A DNA stretch of 64,000 nucleotides from Eledone cirrhosa (GCA_964016885.1 OZ024745.1:4464001-4528000), one strand, 5' to 3'; shown: positions 39,201 through 50,885, numbered from the stretch's first letter. Notes: a model not told the origin generated them from the sequence alone. Numbers and translations are program-made.

Positions 39201-42200
39201 CACGGTAAAAAGTTCCCAGTTCCACACTGTAAATGTGGTTGGTGTTAGGAAGGGCATCCAGCCGTAGAAAACCTGCCAGATAGTCCTATATGAGCGAGAC
39301 ACGGTCACCCGACCAGCCTTGCCTCAAGTGGGACAACTCCCGTCTAACCCATGCTAGCGTGGAAAATGGACGTTAAACGAAGATGATGATGATGATGATA
39401 TATATATATCATTTCATTTTACATCCGCTTTTTCCCTGCTTGCAAGGGTGGGACGGGATTCTGGCTTGATTTCTACAGGGGATGCCCTTCTTAACACCAA
39501 CCTCATTTACAGTGAGTGCTGGGTGCTTTTTTGCCGTGGCACCTCCACGACCACTTTGCAGTGGAATGATATGGACCACAGTCCCTATCATCTCATTTCT
39601 ACAGCTGAGTAAACTGGAGTAATGTGAAATAAAGTGTCTTGCTCAAGGAAACAACACATCACCTGGTCTGAGAATTGAACTCACAACCTTTCGATTGCAA
39701 GGCAAATGCTATATATATATGCTAGCATGGAAGATAGACGTTAAACGATGATGATGATGATATGGAGTGTCAAGTCTGGAAAGACCACTAATCATAGTAA
39801 AACTCAATACATAAGATGCAGAGTTGGTGTATTTATGAAAAAAATATTCAACCGTATTTGAAAATAGTCAATAATTTGAAAGAAATTATGAAAAATAATT
39901 AACTTTCCTGTTATGAAGCTGGTGTCTAGAACATAACTTAACAAAGGTTTTTACTTGAAAAAATATGGTGGAAGGCTTTTAGGTAAATCTAATCCCTCTA
40001 AAATGAACAGTGTGAAGGAGCATGGCCTAATGGTTAGGGTGTTGAACTCATAATCATATGGTCATGGGTTCAATTCCTGGACTGGGCAGCATGTGTTTTT
40101 CTTTCATGTTTCTTTTCATGGGACCCCTATCACCCGAGAAACCCATGAGATTCAATCTTGTAGGAAGCCAGCTAAAGCTACATAAATATGAACTGTAAAT
40201 TTTATTTCATGTATCATAGAACCAGGCACAGTATCAGGTTGGTTGGCATCAATAGACTTAATAGAAGCCAATTCTTGAAATAATCTTTTGTCTTCCAAAA
40301 TATGTTTTATTCAATAGAAATACTTATTCAATACTTTGTCTTTTCACAGAGCCAAATTATATCACAAGAAACGACATGCTGAGAAGATACAAATGAAGAA
40401 GACGTATGTATATTATCAAATATATAATTTATTAGGCTTTCATTCTTTTACTGGTTTCAAGTTGTCAGCATGCTTGGTCACCATCTTTAGGGCTATAGTG
40501 ACTATATTCAGCCCAGTACTTACCTTACTGAAACTCAAAACATAAAGGATGTAACTAAATATCATTCACCTGCGAATCTCTCTCTCTCTCTCTTGAGGAC
40601 ATTTGCATGGATTTAATAAAAGACGCATAAGTCATGGCAGAAGAGTTTGAGAAAGAATTGACATGAATAATGTTGACTCTTCTTGACACATCTAATGAAT
40701 CTGCCATTAGTATTGATGACTGCTTCAATACGAGGTCTAAAATGTTGACATACCTGAATCATGTTTTTTTAATCTATTTTGGATATTGTGCTAGTTATGG
40801 TGGACTTCAGAGATTTTATAATGTTATAGGAGTGTTGCTTGACTTCCATAGTCAGATTCGGGTCTGGAGAGCTAGGAGGCCATATATTTGGGGTGATGTG
40901 ATTGTGGAGATTGTAACTAATCCATTCTTGGGTCATCTTGGCCTTATAAGAGAGTGCAGTCTTGTTGGTAGGTGTACAGTCTTCCTTTGCTTATGCTCTC
41001 TATTCAAAGCCTCACAACCCTAACAGCTCCTTATAGTCAGCAGCATTGACCCTTAAGCTCTGAAGGAAAGAAGTGAAGAGGCACGACATCTCTTTTGTTA
41101 CTGATGACTCCCAGAATTATCACAGTTGCCAGAGACTTTGGAATGTCTTTAGGGTCTCTGCATCTGACTCTTGGCAGGCAGTTTACATTTGGCTACTGTT
41201 ATAGAATCCCTGTCAGTAGCTTCCAGCTCTTTGTGAACTTTGACAACAAAAAACTCTGCAGTTTTCAGGAAGTGAACAATCTCTAAATCACTAAACTCTA
41301 CCTTTAAGACAACAGCTACAACAATTACAGCGTAACTTTTCATTTGTTGAGTTAGTTTGATGTCTGTCATTTATCTGGAAAGAAATGACAATTAGAACAA
41401 GTTAGATTTATTAAAATATTAAGAACTAAGCTGCCCTGTATGTATATTTTACAAAGTTAATCTTTGTTTTGTGAGATCTTTTGTTTGTCCTTAATATTAA
41501 GTATTGTTTTTATTGTATTTTGTAGCATAAGAATGCATGAAATGAAGAAGACGAAACAGAAGGCTGATGATGCTGTACCTGAAGGTGCTGTACCAGCTTA
41601 TTTGTTGGACAGAGAGGGTCAGACAAGGGCTAAAGTTTTGTCAAACATGATTAAACAGAAGAGAAAAGAGAAAGCTGTAAGTTGTCACTTATCACATTGT
41701 GAACTTTTTGTGATTACATAGCCATATTGTCTAACCCATGCTAGCATGGAAAAATGAACGTCAAACGGTGATGATATGGTCATGTGGTTTAGTTTAACGA
41801 GTAGCTTCATCACCATCACTAATGAATGTCTATTTTCTATGCTTGCATGGGATAGATTAGCTGTCATTGAGGCCAAATTACTTAGGTCTGGTTCATTAGT
41901 GCCTTTTATGGCTGAATGTCCCTCCTAATGCCAACTGCTATGACATAAGTATCAATTTGAGTCAGAAAATTACTATTATAAAGACACACAGAAAAGTAAA
42001 GTTTCCATGTTGAAATCAAAGTTTAAATACAAACCATCATCCATTAACTAGGTTTTTACCATTATATTATAATTGTATTGAAATTTAAACAAATACTATT
42101 ATTGATAATAAATTACTCATCATCATCATTTAACATCTTCGCCAAGTCTACATAGACCAAGTCAGTTCTGAAGTGGGGCTACTGACCTTCCAGGCTGAGG

Positions 42201-45200
42201 CGTCTGCATCTTGCTGACGTACAGTCATAAATTCTATTGAGTGTACTGGGGAGGTTGTCTTTAACACAATTCTGGTGGATTGGCAGAGGATTGGACTAAT
42301 GCTCAGCAGTATTTGTTCCAGCTGTTTATATTTTGAGTTCAAATCTCCCCAGTTTGCCATTCATACTTCTGGGGCTCTTGATAAAATATAGTACCAGTCA
42401 TGTACTGGAGTAAATTTAAATCAAATTTCCCCTTTTACCAAATTGCTGGCCTTGTGCCTAAATTTGTAGCCATAATTACAACTAGATGTTTATTTTGTAT
42501 TTTTATATATTCGTGTCAATTTATAAAATGACTTATATTTTCAGGGAAAATGGAATGTACCACTTCCTAAAGTTAAGGGCATCAGTGAGTCAGAAGTCTT
42601 CAAAGTAGTCAAAACTGGTAAAAGACAAAGTAAGTATTACAGTCTCTCTCTTCACATTTAATATCACTAACACAGACACTGATGTTTGTTTATGGGCTGC
42701 ATAAACAGGTTCCATGACTCATCAGTTATATGTTTGATTATTCACATCTTATTTGAAAACAAGTGATGTTTGGTGTGAGGAAGGGCATCTGGCCCTAGAA
42801 TCCTGCCTCAAGATGTCTCCATCTAACCCATGCTAACACGATGTTGATGAGACAGATATAATGAGAAAGTATTCTTTGTCTTATGGAATGTATTTTACTT
42901 TTTCAGAGAAAGCCTGGAAGCGAATGGTGACAAAAGTGACATTTGTTGGCGATGGTTTCACGCGGAAACCTCCAAAATTTGAAAGATTTATTCGACCAAT
43001 GGTAAGACTTTTAATTAAATCTCAGTATTGTTATTGCTGATTAATCTAGGACTGGTGAAACACTGCCCTGACCTAGCCATAGAGCCTGTCACCCTCTCCC
43101 CTTCCATCTTTTATGGCCTAACAGTCCTTGCTCTTTCCCTCCCTTCTCATTTATGACAGTCCTTTCCTATATAGCCAGATTTGCCATTCTTTGCCTCTCC
43201 GCCCCCGCTTTTTTTTCTTATTTATATAATTAATTATTAAAACTTAAATAATTAAAATTTTATAAACGTTTAACATAAAAAAGAATCAATGAAAGTGAGA
43301 AGACAATGGTGATGGCTTAGGCAGTGGAGTGTAACGCATGTTGTCCGACACTCTACCAATCCCTGCCCTTCCGAAGTCATGTTGTCCGACACTCTGCTAA
43401 TACTGCCAATCCACCGCCCTACCAAACTACAGGTAATCTAATGGAAATAATCAATATTTGCACAGAATATCGTCCCTGCAAATCCAATAACCCAGTGTAC
43501 GGCAAAGTAACATTGCTTTGTAAAAATTGATCTTATCAGGGAAGATAACTCTCAACGATTTTAAGAGTTACCACCGTTGTTGCATTATCTCCCTTAGTTG
43601 AATTTCCTGAATGATTAATGTATAGTTTTAATCATCCTACGTGAGTTTCTCTTTCTTCGTTATATATATAACAAATTATTTTAATTTTTTAAAAAATTTT
43701 AGTAGAAGTTAACTCTTATAATTTTTCATGTTTCTAATGATAATGTTTTGGTTAGCTCATAATTTCATTGTTTCTTTGTGTTAACCATAGTAATAAAGGA
43801 AAGATTATATCTGACATTAAGATAAGAAATAGATAAGACTATATCCCTGCATGTCATAAGAAATAGATAAGACTATATCCGTGCATGTCATAAGAAATAG
43901 ATAAGACTATATCCGTGCATGTCATAAGAAATAAATGACTGCCAGGAAGGTGATCCTACTATAAAACATTGTCTTAAAATTCCCAGCCAACATACAATGA
44001 TGTTATAGATATGATTACAAATATTGCTTCATGTGGTTGTGGGTTTGATCCCACTATCAAGTATCTTGGACATCTCCTATAGCCTTTCGTTGGCCAATAC
44101 TTTGTGAGTGGATTTTGGTAGTTGAAACTGAGGAAGCCTATTATGTCTGTATTTATGTTGTATTCCTGTATGTCTCACAACTGAACAGTTCAATAAATAA
44201 ACACCATGTTAACCATATCTCTTATACAGAGAGACCCTCAGTATTATATATGAATCTGTAAGGTGGTAGTACTGATGCCACAAAAGCACCCAGTCCACCT
44301 ATAAGGTTTTTAGCTTTAGGAATGGCATAGCACCATAGAAAGTTAAAAACGGAACATATGAACATGCCTTGGTCACCATAATATGACAACCCATCTAACC
44401 CATGCAAACATTAAATGGTGATGATGATTGAAATTATTACTGAAGTTGATATAGTTGGCTGAAACCTTAGGAGGAGGTGCCTCAGTAAAGTTGCAGTTTT
44501 ATGACTGTTAAAAGATAGTTAAAATATCCTCTACTTGAAAGACACAAAAATTGTGATTAATGAAAACTATTTTAAAAATACATCCATATTATTTATAACT
44601 TTAACTTTTTACATCCTGTACCACATGAAACCACAATAACAAGACATTGAAAAGTACAAATCAGCAAGGACTATATTAAAGTCTTTACTTTAATACTGCA
44701 AAATTTCACAATGTGAACTTTAACAAAGATACTGTAGATATTTGAATTAACAAACCAGTTTTTAGACATTTTCTGCTAAACCATTAAAGGACATTAAGAT
44801 TTAATACAGTAAATGACATTTGTTTCTCTTTTACAGGCTCTTCGTTTCAAGAAAGCTCACGTAACCCATCCAGAATTGAGAGCTACATTTCATTTGCCCA
44901 TCATAAGTGTTAAGAAGAATCCCAGTTCACCCATGTACACATCTCTGGGAGTTGTTACTAAAGGAACCATTATAGAGGTAGGTTTAACATCCATTTTCCA
45001 CACCAGCATGGGTTAGACGAGTTGTCCTGTTGTGAAACAAGTCAGATCAGGTGACTGTGTCTTGCTCACACAGAAAGGAACCATTATAGAGCTTGGTTAA
45101 ACATGTTTATATCTTTACTTACTTTTGCAGTTATGTTTTTTTTAATTATTGAAATATTTTCTTTTAAGAATTATTGAAACTCTTGGTGATTTGAAAATGT

Positions 45201-47425
45201 GGGAATCCCAAATGTAGAAAATATTTGTAACAAGTTGATTGCTATAAATAATAGCTTAGGAAATCAGGTAAAAAAAAGTCTAGCAGCTGCTAACCACGTT
45301 TTTGCATATCTAGGAGTATTAAATTTTCTAAGCTATTATTTATAATTGTTTCTACTTTAGGCACAAGGCCAGCAAATACCCAGTTCATTACTGGTACTTT
45401 ATTTTATCGACCCCGTAAGGATGAAAGGCAAAGTCAACCTCGGCGGGATTTGAACTCAGATCGTAAAGGGACGTAACTATGCTGGAAAGCATGGCGTCCG
45501 ACCCTCTACCGATACTGCCAATCCACCGCCCTTAAGCTATTATTTATAATGATTGACTGTTGTTACAGTTATTTTTTGCATTTGGGGTTCTCACATTTCC
45601 ATTTTCTTTTAATTCTTAACATATCTCAAAACAACTTTGTTAATTCAAATATTTGTAGTATCTTTACTAATAATGGATAGATCATTGTGAAAATTTGCAG
45701 TATTGGAATATAGATTTTAATTTTTATGTGATGCAGTCATAGTGGACAGATTTTACAGGCAAAACCAACTGGCAGGAGACCCAGGGGTAAACTCCGAACA
45801 AGATGGTTGGATAACATCCATGAGCTTCGCTGCTCACACTTGGTTGCTTTTCACAGGAACCGCTGGAGGCAGTGTTTGAGGACTCTGCCCCACGACCCTC
45901 TCAGGAATAATTGGATGAAGAAGAAGTAGTCGTAGTGTTTTGTACTTTTGAAGGTCTTGCTAATGTGGTTTCATGTAGTGCAGGATGTTAAAAGTTAAAA
46001 TGGTATCACATGATATGATACTTGTAGGCAGAAATTTAGAAGTTCATTTTTAAAGCAATGATGATATGTGATATTATAGTAAAGTAATATTATTAGTATT
46101 AAATATATAATTAAAATGTTTCCTAATGATTGATCTGGGAACATTTGTTAAAAAAAGAACATTCTAGTTTTCTCTCCACCTCTACCATCCTCGTTATTGT
46201 CATTATTTTTTTATGCTGCTTTGATTTTGATGACTTTACCATTCCTCTAAATCTTGTATTATATTCTGAGATAACAGAAAATTGTGTTTTTTATACAATT
46301 ATCAGTTTTTTTAATGAATTCTCTGTTCATTTCAGGTTAATGTAAGTGAATTAGGTTTGGTAACACAAGGTGGTAAAGTAATCTGGGGTAAGTAAATTAT
46401 TAATACACCTACACTAAATGTAATGTTAGATTAGTGTTGTAAACTATTGCTGGAACTCCAGCAAACTCTTGGTCTTCATATAGTAGTTACATAATTAAAG
46501 ATATACTGGAATTAAATTTAGTATTGTAAGCTACTGAAACAAGTTTTAATTATTCACAGAGAGATACTTTGAAGATCTGCTTTGTATTGGTGCCACGACA
46601 AAAACACCCATTCCACCTTGTAAAATGGTTGTGTTGGTACCACAAATATATCTATTCTAAACTGGATACACACAGGTGAAAACAAATGTCCATTTCCATT
46701 TTACAATTAAACAATGGGGAAATGGCCAGTTAAAACCAAACCACTTGAATAATTCCTGTTTGGATGTCAATATTTGCAGTGGATCATCCCAGACATGTTA
46801 ACCAATATATTATAAAGAGGATTATGTTTCTAATCTTATTGATTAAATAATTAATAAACTGTATATATACACATGTATGTAATTTGGTTGAACTACTTGT
46901 CATCTCTCACTTGAAATGTCTTCATATGTTGAAAGATTCATCTGCAATTAGGAAAACAATTAATTTGCCAAGAATGTAAAGGGTCATACTTTAAATTCTG
47001 CAGAACATTTTGTCTTTTGCTCTAATAATAATGGTTTCTGGTTTAGGCACAAGGCCAACAATTTTAGGGAAGGGGAAAGTCGATTAAATTGAACCCAGTG
47101 TGTTACTGGTACTTCATTTTACTGACCCTGTAAGGATGAAAGGCAAATCTTACTTTGGGGGGATTTGAATTCAGAACATAAAGGGCCGTAACTCTTTGCT
47201 GCCGAGCATGTTGCCTGAAGCTCTACCGATTCTACTACTTATCCACTGCCCTTCTAATAATAATAACAGTTTCATTATTTGACAAAAAGGTATCTTGTTT
47301 CAGAAACCAATTAATAAGTTTACACCTGATAAAACATCTTATTTTTCTTATTTTTAGGTAAATATGCACAAGTTACGAACAATCCTGAAAATGATGGCTG
47401 TATTAATGCAATTTTGTTAGTATAA
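26890..47425 (+). CDS. NSA2: Ribosome biogenesis protein NSA2 homolog, 260 aa; join(26890-26892,33957-34024,34991-35056,40350-40403,41526-41676,42545-42629,42907-43001,44837-44977,46336-46387,47358-47425)
   Basis: Spliced translation [30 protein letters not shown]...[11 protein letters not shown]...[31 protein letters not shown]...[22 protein letters not shown] matches the NSA2 family end to end. All introns are GT-AG, phases are consistent and the total is 783 nt. Confidence 0.96.
27015..27118. repeat. 104-bp near-perfect palindrome centred on a (TA)n tract
   Basis: The arms AATCTTAACTATATTTTATACAAGTTATACAATGATGGA and TCCATCATTGTATAACTTGTATAAAATATAGTTAAGATT are exact reverse complements, with one mismatch further out. 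Confidence 0.93.
27521..27578 (-). ncRNA. Minimal type I hammerhead ribozyme, left arm
   Basis: Exact reverse complement of the copy at 29300-29357. Confidence 0.75.
29300..29357 (+). ncRNA. Minimal type I hammerhead ribozyme, right arm
   Basis: ATAC-CTGATGA-[stem II containing ACCGG...CCGGT]-GAAA-T-GATC-A-TA-GTAT. Intact core, stem I ATAC/GTAT, minimal stem III with palindromic loop GATC, and an AUA cleavage triplet. Confidence 0.78.
30701..31742 (+). repeat. 35-bp minisatellite (AATGTGTAATGCTACATGAGAGTGGAGCCCGTGTT), about 30 units, with a 70-bp dimeric central block
   Basis: Direct periodicity; alternating CATGAGAATAG and TATGAGAGTGG variants between about 31055 and 31530. Confidence 0.95.
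32438..33332 (+). repeat. 69-bp minisatellite, about 13 units
   Basis: GATCCATTGATGTCAC recurs every 69 bp (32492, 32561, ...). Confidence 0.95.
33492..33680 (+). mobile_element. Full-length tRNA-derived SINE with a 17-bp TSD
   Basis: A box TGGCAGTATCGG and B box GAGTTCAAATCC, body GCCTTTCATCC...GGTCGATAAAATAAAGTACC. TSD ATTATATTGTTTAACGT at 33475-33491 and 33681-33697. Confidence 0.9.
33957..34024 (+). CDS. NSA2: NSA2 coding exon 2 ([22 protein letters not shown])
   Basis: tttcag| ... |gtaagc; conserved NSA2 N-terminus. Confidence 0.95.
34991..35056 (+). CDS. NSA2: NSA2 coding exon 3 ([21 protein letters not shown])
   Basis: cactag| ... |gtaagt; phase consistent with neighbours. Confidence 0.92.
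35607..35792. repeat. ~45-bp minisatellite, four copies
   Basis: GGAGAGGGTTAAAGGTAAAGTTGGTTTTAGTGGGGTTTGAAC repeated; resembles a minus-strand SINE B-box segment. Confidence 0.9.
36359..36551. mobile_element. MITE with ~27-bp terminal inverted repeats, Tc1/mariner-like
   Basis: GGGTCAAACTGAAAAGTTCATAGGCTGA ... TCAGCCTATGAACTGTTCAGCTGACCC; TA run on the left flank. Confidence 0.75.
36578..36812 (-). mobile_element. 5'-truncated SINE with a CORE-like domain and (GAT)n tail
   Basis: Near-identical to 39408-39654; contains AAGTGTCTTGCTCAAGG and the RTE-type tail motif. Confidence 0.75.
37180..39045 (+). mobile_element. Decayed RTE/RTE-X-type LINE fragment (APE C-terminus, reverse transcriptase, PHD-like Cys/His insert) in NSA2 intron 3
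   Basis: Motifs [62 protein letters not shown], then CSVC..C..C..WVHKRC. Frameshifts and a stop are present, and both ends are truncated. Confidence 0.92.
39408..39711 (-). mobile_element. tRNA-headed SINE with a CORE-like domain and RTE-type tail
   Basis: Minus-strand B box GAGTTCAATTC near 39672-39682; body matches 36578-36812. Confidence 0.75.
40350..40403 (+). CDS. NSA2: NSA2 coding exon 4 ([17 protein letters not shown])
   Basis: tcacag| ... |gtatgt; conserved peptide. Confidence 0.95.
40690..41440 (-). mobile_element. Decayed Tc1/mariner-superfamily transposase relic
   Basis: Minus-strand WPPSSPDPN motif at about 40856-40882 and C-terminal [17 protein letters not shown]; heavily disrupted. 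Confidence 0.75.
41526..41676 (+). CDS. NSA2: NSA2 coding exon 5 ([50 protein letters not shown])
   Basis: ttgtag| ... |gtaagt; signature [11 protein letters not shown]. Confidence 0.97.
42271..42476 (+). mobile_element. Diverged tRNA-derived SINE copy
   Basis: GGATTGGCAG head, GAGTTCAAATC B box, GATAAAATATAGTACCAG body and GCTGGCCTTGTGCC tail, as in 33492-33680. Confidence 0.75.
42545..42629 (+). CDS. NSA2: NSA2 coding exon 6 ([28 protein letters not shown])
   Basis: tttcag| ... |gtaagt. Confidence 0.95.
42907..43001 (+). CDS. NSA2: NSA2 coding exon 7 ([31 protein letters not shown])
   Basis: tttcag| ... |gtaaga; highly conserved motif. Confidence 0.97.
43822..43933 (+). repeat. 34-bp tandem repeat, three copies
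   Basis: ATAAGAAATAGATAAGACTATATCCGTGCATGTC repeated. Confidence 0.9.
44837..44977 (+). CDS. NSA2: NSA2 coding exon 8 ([47 protein letters not shown])
   Basis: ttacag| ... |gtaggt. Confidence 0.97.
45347..45532 (-). mobile_element. Full-length tRNA-derived SINE with an 18-bp TSD
   Basis: Reverse complement of the 33492 family. TSD TAAGCTATTATTTATAAT at 45329-45346 and 45533-45550. Confidence 0.9.
45744..45925 (+). mobile_element. 3' end of an RTE-like LINE with a (GAA)n tail
   Basis: Translates [24 protein letters not shown]; approximate TSD GCAGTCATAGTG / GTAGTCGTAGTG. Confidence 0.6.
46336..46387 (+). CDS. NSA2: NSA2 coding exon 9 ([17 protein letters not shown])
   Basis: tttcag| ... 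|gtaagt. Confidence 0.97.
47033..47252 (-). mobile_element. tRNA-derived SINE with a 12-bp TSD
   Basis: Same family as 45347-45532; TSD TCTAATAATAAT at 47021 and 47253. Confidence 0.85.
47358..47425 (+). CDS. NSA2: NSA2 coding exon 10 ([21 protein letters not shown])
   Basis: ttttag| ... TAA; conserved C-terminus. Confidence 0.97.
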
Positions 47426-47452
47426 CAGTTGTAGGTGATGTCTGATGTTCTC

Positions 47453-47458
47453 AATAAA
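47453..47458 (+). terminator. Putative NSA2 polyadenylation signal
   Basis: AATAAA shortly after the stop codon, followed by a GT/T-rich tract at about 47478-47500. Confidence 0.65.
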
Positions 47459-48411
47459 ATGGTACAGAAAAATATCTGGTGTTTTTTATTGTTTGATGGT
47501 TTCTATATGTTGAAGTGACTTAGAAGTGTGTAGCAGAGAGAGAGAGGCTGACTTAAATGTTTGGGTACCTTCATAAACAAAGAGAGAGCGAGTAAGAGAT
47601 AGTGGTTGTGTGAGAGAGAGAGCTGGTGGTGGTGGTGTGTGTATGTGTATATATATATATATATAAGACTTAGATGTTTGTAGCAGAGAGAGAGATATGT
47701 TTCTATATTAGCTATTTAATGGTAAATAAGATCATCTGATCTGACTTGTCTCACAATGGAACAACTTGTTTAACCCATACTAGCATGAATGGACATTAAA
47801 TGGTGATGACGATGAAGGTTCTCATTTTACCACCATATCCCTGCATGTCATAACACACAAGCAATGATATTATGAGCTGACCAAAACATTATTATTAGAA
47901 ACATTACAAAAATGATTAATTGAAAAAACCCCTAAAAACTGCCATCAAAAAGGGCAGCACATCATGGTCTTTATCAAACATTGTCATTGAATGTTGCCAA
48001 AAGATCCCAATAATTGTTTATAATTAATCAACAATGGAACAACACCATTTATTACAAATTGAATATTATTTAACAGTTGGGAGATAAGAGTGAAATGGGG
48101 GGGGGGGGGGATTGTGTTAACTAACAAGTGGTGCACAGGTCAAAGCACTCAATACTGTTACAAGGTCCATTTCGTTTGGGTTGTATTTCTGTATTACAAC
48201 TGTAGTGTGCAGTGTTTAGATGTGTATTTGCACATATAAGCTAACCCATGCTAGCGTGGAAGATGTTAAACAATGATGAGGCTGATGAGATGTCGAAAAA
48301 GAGTTGGCCCCCTTGATTGTACTCTGAGCTGCTCAATATGTAAACTATTGTAATATGTAAATAAAGTTTGTACATGCAACACTGACTTTGACTCTCTTAA
48401 ATCTGTTTATT

Positions 48412-50338
48412 TATCCATACACGACAACCTCCACCTCATGCAATACATCATAGAGAGGGTAGGGTGTAGACCCGGCTTCGGTGGGGCCCTGATCAACTTG
48501 GATCAGTCTAAGGCTTTCGATAGGGTTGACCATCGTTACCTGGATGCGGTGCTCGAGGTGGCAGGCTTCGGACCCGTGTTCAGGGGCTGGATTGCTGCAA
48601 TGCACAACAGCAACATCTGCTCAAGGGTCAAGGTGAACGGCTACCTCTCGGAGCCGTTCCATATCACGTGATACATCTGACAGTGATGCCCTCTCTCCTC
48701 CCTTCTGTACGTACTGACTCTCGAGCCACTACTGCGGACATCCCTCTGGAACCGGGACTGCGGAAAGCGGTGTCGGCCTACGCTGACGACGTGACAGTAA
48801 TGGTCTCGAGCACCTCGCAAATCGAGGAAGTCGGCACCTTACTGAAGGAATACGAAAGGTTCATAGGAACAAAGCTGAACCGGGATAAGTCCATCGGTTT
48901 GCAACTTGGATCGTGGAGAGGCAAACCGATGCCTTCCGATGGCGTCGTCGGACGCTGGACGGAAGGACCGGTAAAGCTGCTCGGGGTTTGGTTTGGTCCG
49001 GACCTCCAGGTGGAGAAGAACTGGAACGGGGTGACGGCCAAGGTGTTTGCACTCACCCAGAAGTGGGCCGAGTGCAAACTATCCTTGAAAGGTCGAGCGG
49101 AGGTGGCGAACACTTTTATAGCGTCCGCCATCTACTACCGCTTGACCGTCGTGCCCTGTCCAGCCAAAATGGAGCGCGCGCTCTTCCAATTCCTTTGGAT
49201 GAGGCGGGCTCCTTTGGTGAGAAGATCCATCTGCTGCCAACGCCCTTCCAACGGAGGGCTGACCATACGCTCAGGCTGCGGCATCTCTACGTATTCCTCA
49301 CTGGACAACCGGTGTGGGCCCCGTTCGTGAGGCGAGCCTTCCCACGACTCGTCTTGCTGACCGAGCTGCAGTCCTGGGTCAAGCAAAGATCGAGGAAAAT
49401 GGGCGACTGGTACATCGAATGTGCTCAGGCGCTCACAGCCCTCTGACAGGCGGACCCGGCGATCAGTGGAGACTCCACTTCGTCATTCTATAGAGGGTTG
49501 ATCCGCAGCAAGTGCGATGACGCGCTCGGTGAAATTCTGGGCGTAGAGGAAGACGAACTGGTCAGCCTGTTCGGTAGGACCTTCTGCCTGGGACCGATGG
49601 ACAACTTCCAAAGGTCCCTGGCCTGGCAGTGCTACCGAGGAGCTCTACCAGTTCGAGACAAGCTCTACAGACATGGGCGCCCGGGCAGGGATCCTTCGAA
49701 AAAGATCTGTCCGAGGTGCGTGCGAGACGAAGAAACCGGCGCGCACGCATTCATACACTGCCCGAGCGTTACCGACCTGTGGGGCTATGTAGAACGACTA
49801 TTGTCGCGGGTGGGACCAATCCGGTTGACCACCGACTCCATTGTCATGATCAAACCACCACCCTCCTTCAAAAACGAAGGAGAGGCGGTTTTCCTTTCTG
49901 TAATATCTATGGCGAAAGAGATTGTATGGTGGACAAGGTTGAAAGGGCTGAGGTTAGACACCTTTCTCTCCGGCCAACAACTGATTCTCTTTTTCAAATA
50001 CCACTTTGGAAGAAGAGTCAGGATGGAGAGAGAGGTGCTGTACCCCAGCAAGTTTTACGAAAGGTGAAAGTGGCGAGAATGGCCCGAGTGAATGGGCCTT
50101 CTCTCTATATCAGCCTGTAGGTTGAGGAAAAAGAGGAAGAGAGGAAAGGGGTACTACTGGAGATGAGGGTTGCACATTTTTTCGGGGATAGGTGTTACCC
50201 ATATGAAATGTCTCCCCATTGGGGAAAATCGATTAACTTTTAAATTGTATTTGTGATATTTTACACGTTTTTATTGTATGTAAACTTCCCCCTTTGTAAT
50301 TGTCCCCTTCTTTTGTGCCACTGTGGCTAATAAAGAAA
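48412..50338 (+). mobile_element. 5'-truncated, decayed L1/Tx1-clade LINE (RT plus C-terminal CCHC zinc knuckle)
   Basis: Motifs LINLDQSKAFDRVDH, SAYADDVTV, KLNRDKS, VKLLGVWFG, LSLKGRAEVAN and CPRC...ETGAHAFIHC. GC-rich relative to flanks, with frameshifts, and AATAAAG at the 3' end. Confidence 0.9.
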
Positions 50339-50340
50339 CA

Positions 50341-50646
50341 TATATATTACTAAAAGCCTGTGATTGATTGCTTGCCTGTAATGTAATACAGCCAAAAGGG
50401 CGGATAATGGGAGAATACTTTGAAAGAAAGTTGATTTTGATACAAGTGGAATATAACAAGTTTTACGTAAATCAAAGTACGGGTTCCTGAGATATGGGTT
50501 TTTTTGGGGTACCTTCATAAACAGAGAGAGAGGAAGAGATAGTGGTTGTGAGAGAGTAGATTGAAAGAGAGAGCTGGTCGTGGTGTGTGTGTGTATATAT
50601 ATATATATATGAGTGTGTATATATATGGTGTGTGTGTATATATATG

Positions 50647-50687
<41 letters not shown>

Positions 50688-50885
50688 TGTATATGTGTGT
50701 GTTTATGACCAGTGTATATAGATCACAGACACCCACATATATATATACACACACATATATATATATGTATACAAACATATATATATGTTTCCAGTGTCAA
50801 TTCACATTATATACATGTCTGTATACACTAATTTTTTAAAGATATTTTGAAGTGAACGTGACCCAACGGGTGATGGGTGGTCTAG
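50341..50885 (+). mobile_element. Non-autonomous Helitron-like element carrying internal microsatellites
   Basis: Subterminal imperfect hairpin CGTGACCC-AAC-GGGTGATG (50857-50875) followed by CTAG|T (50882-50885). The 5' end TATATATTACTAAAAG resembles Helitron 5' ends but lacks a clear TC. Confidence 0.6.
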
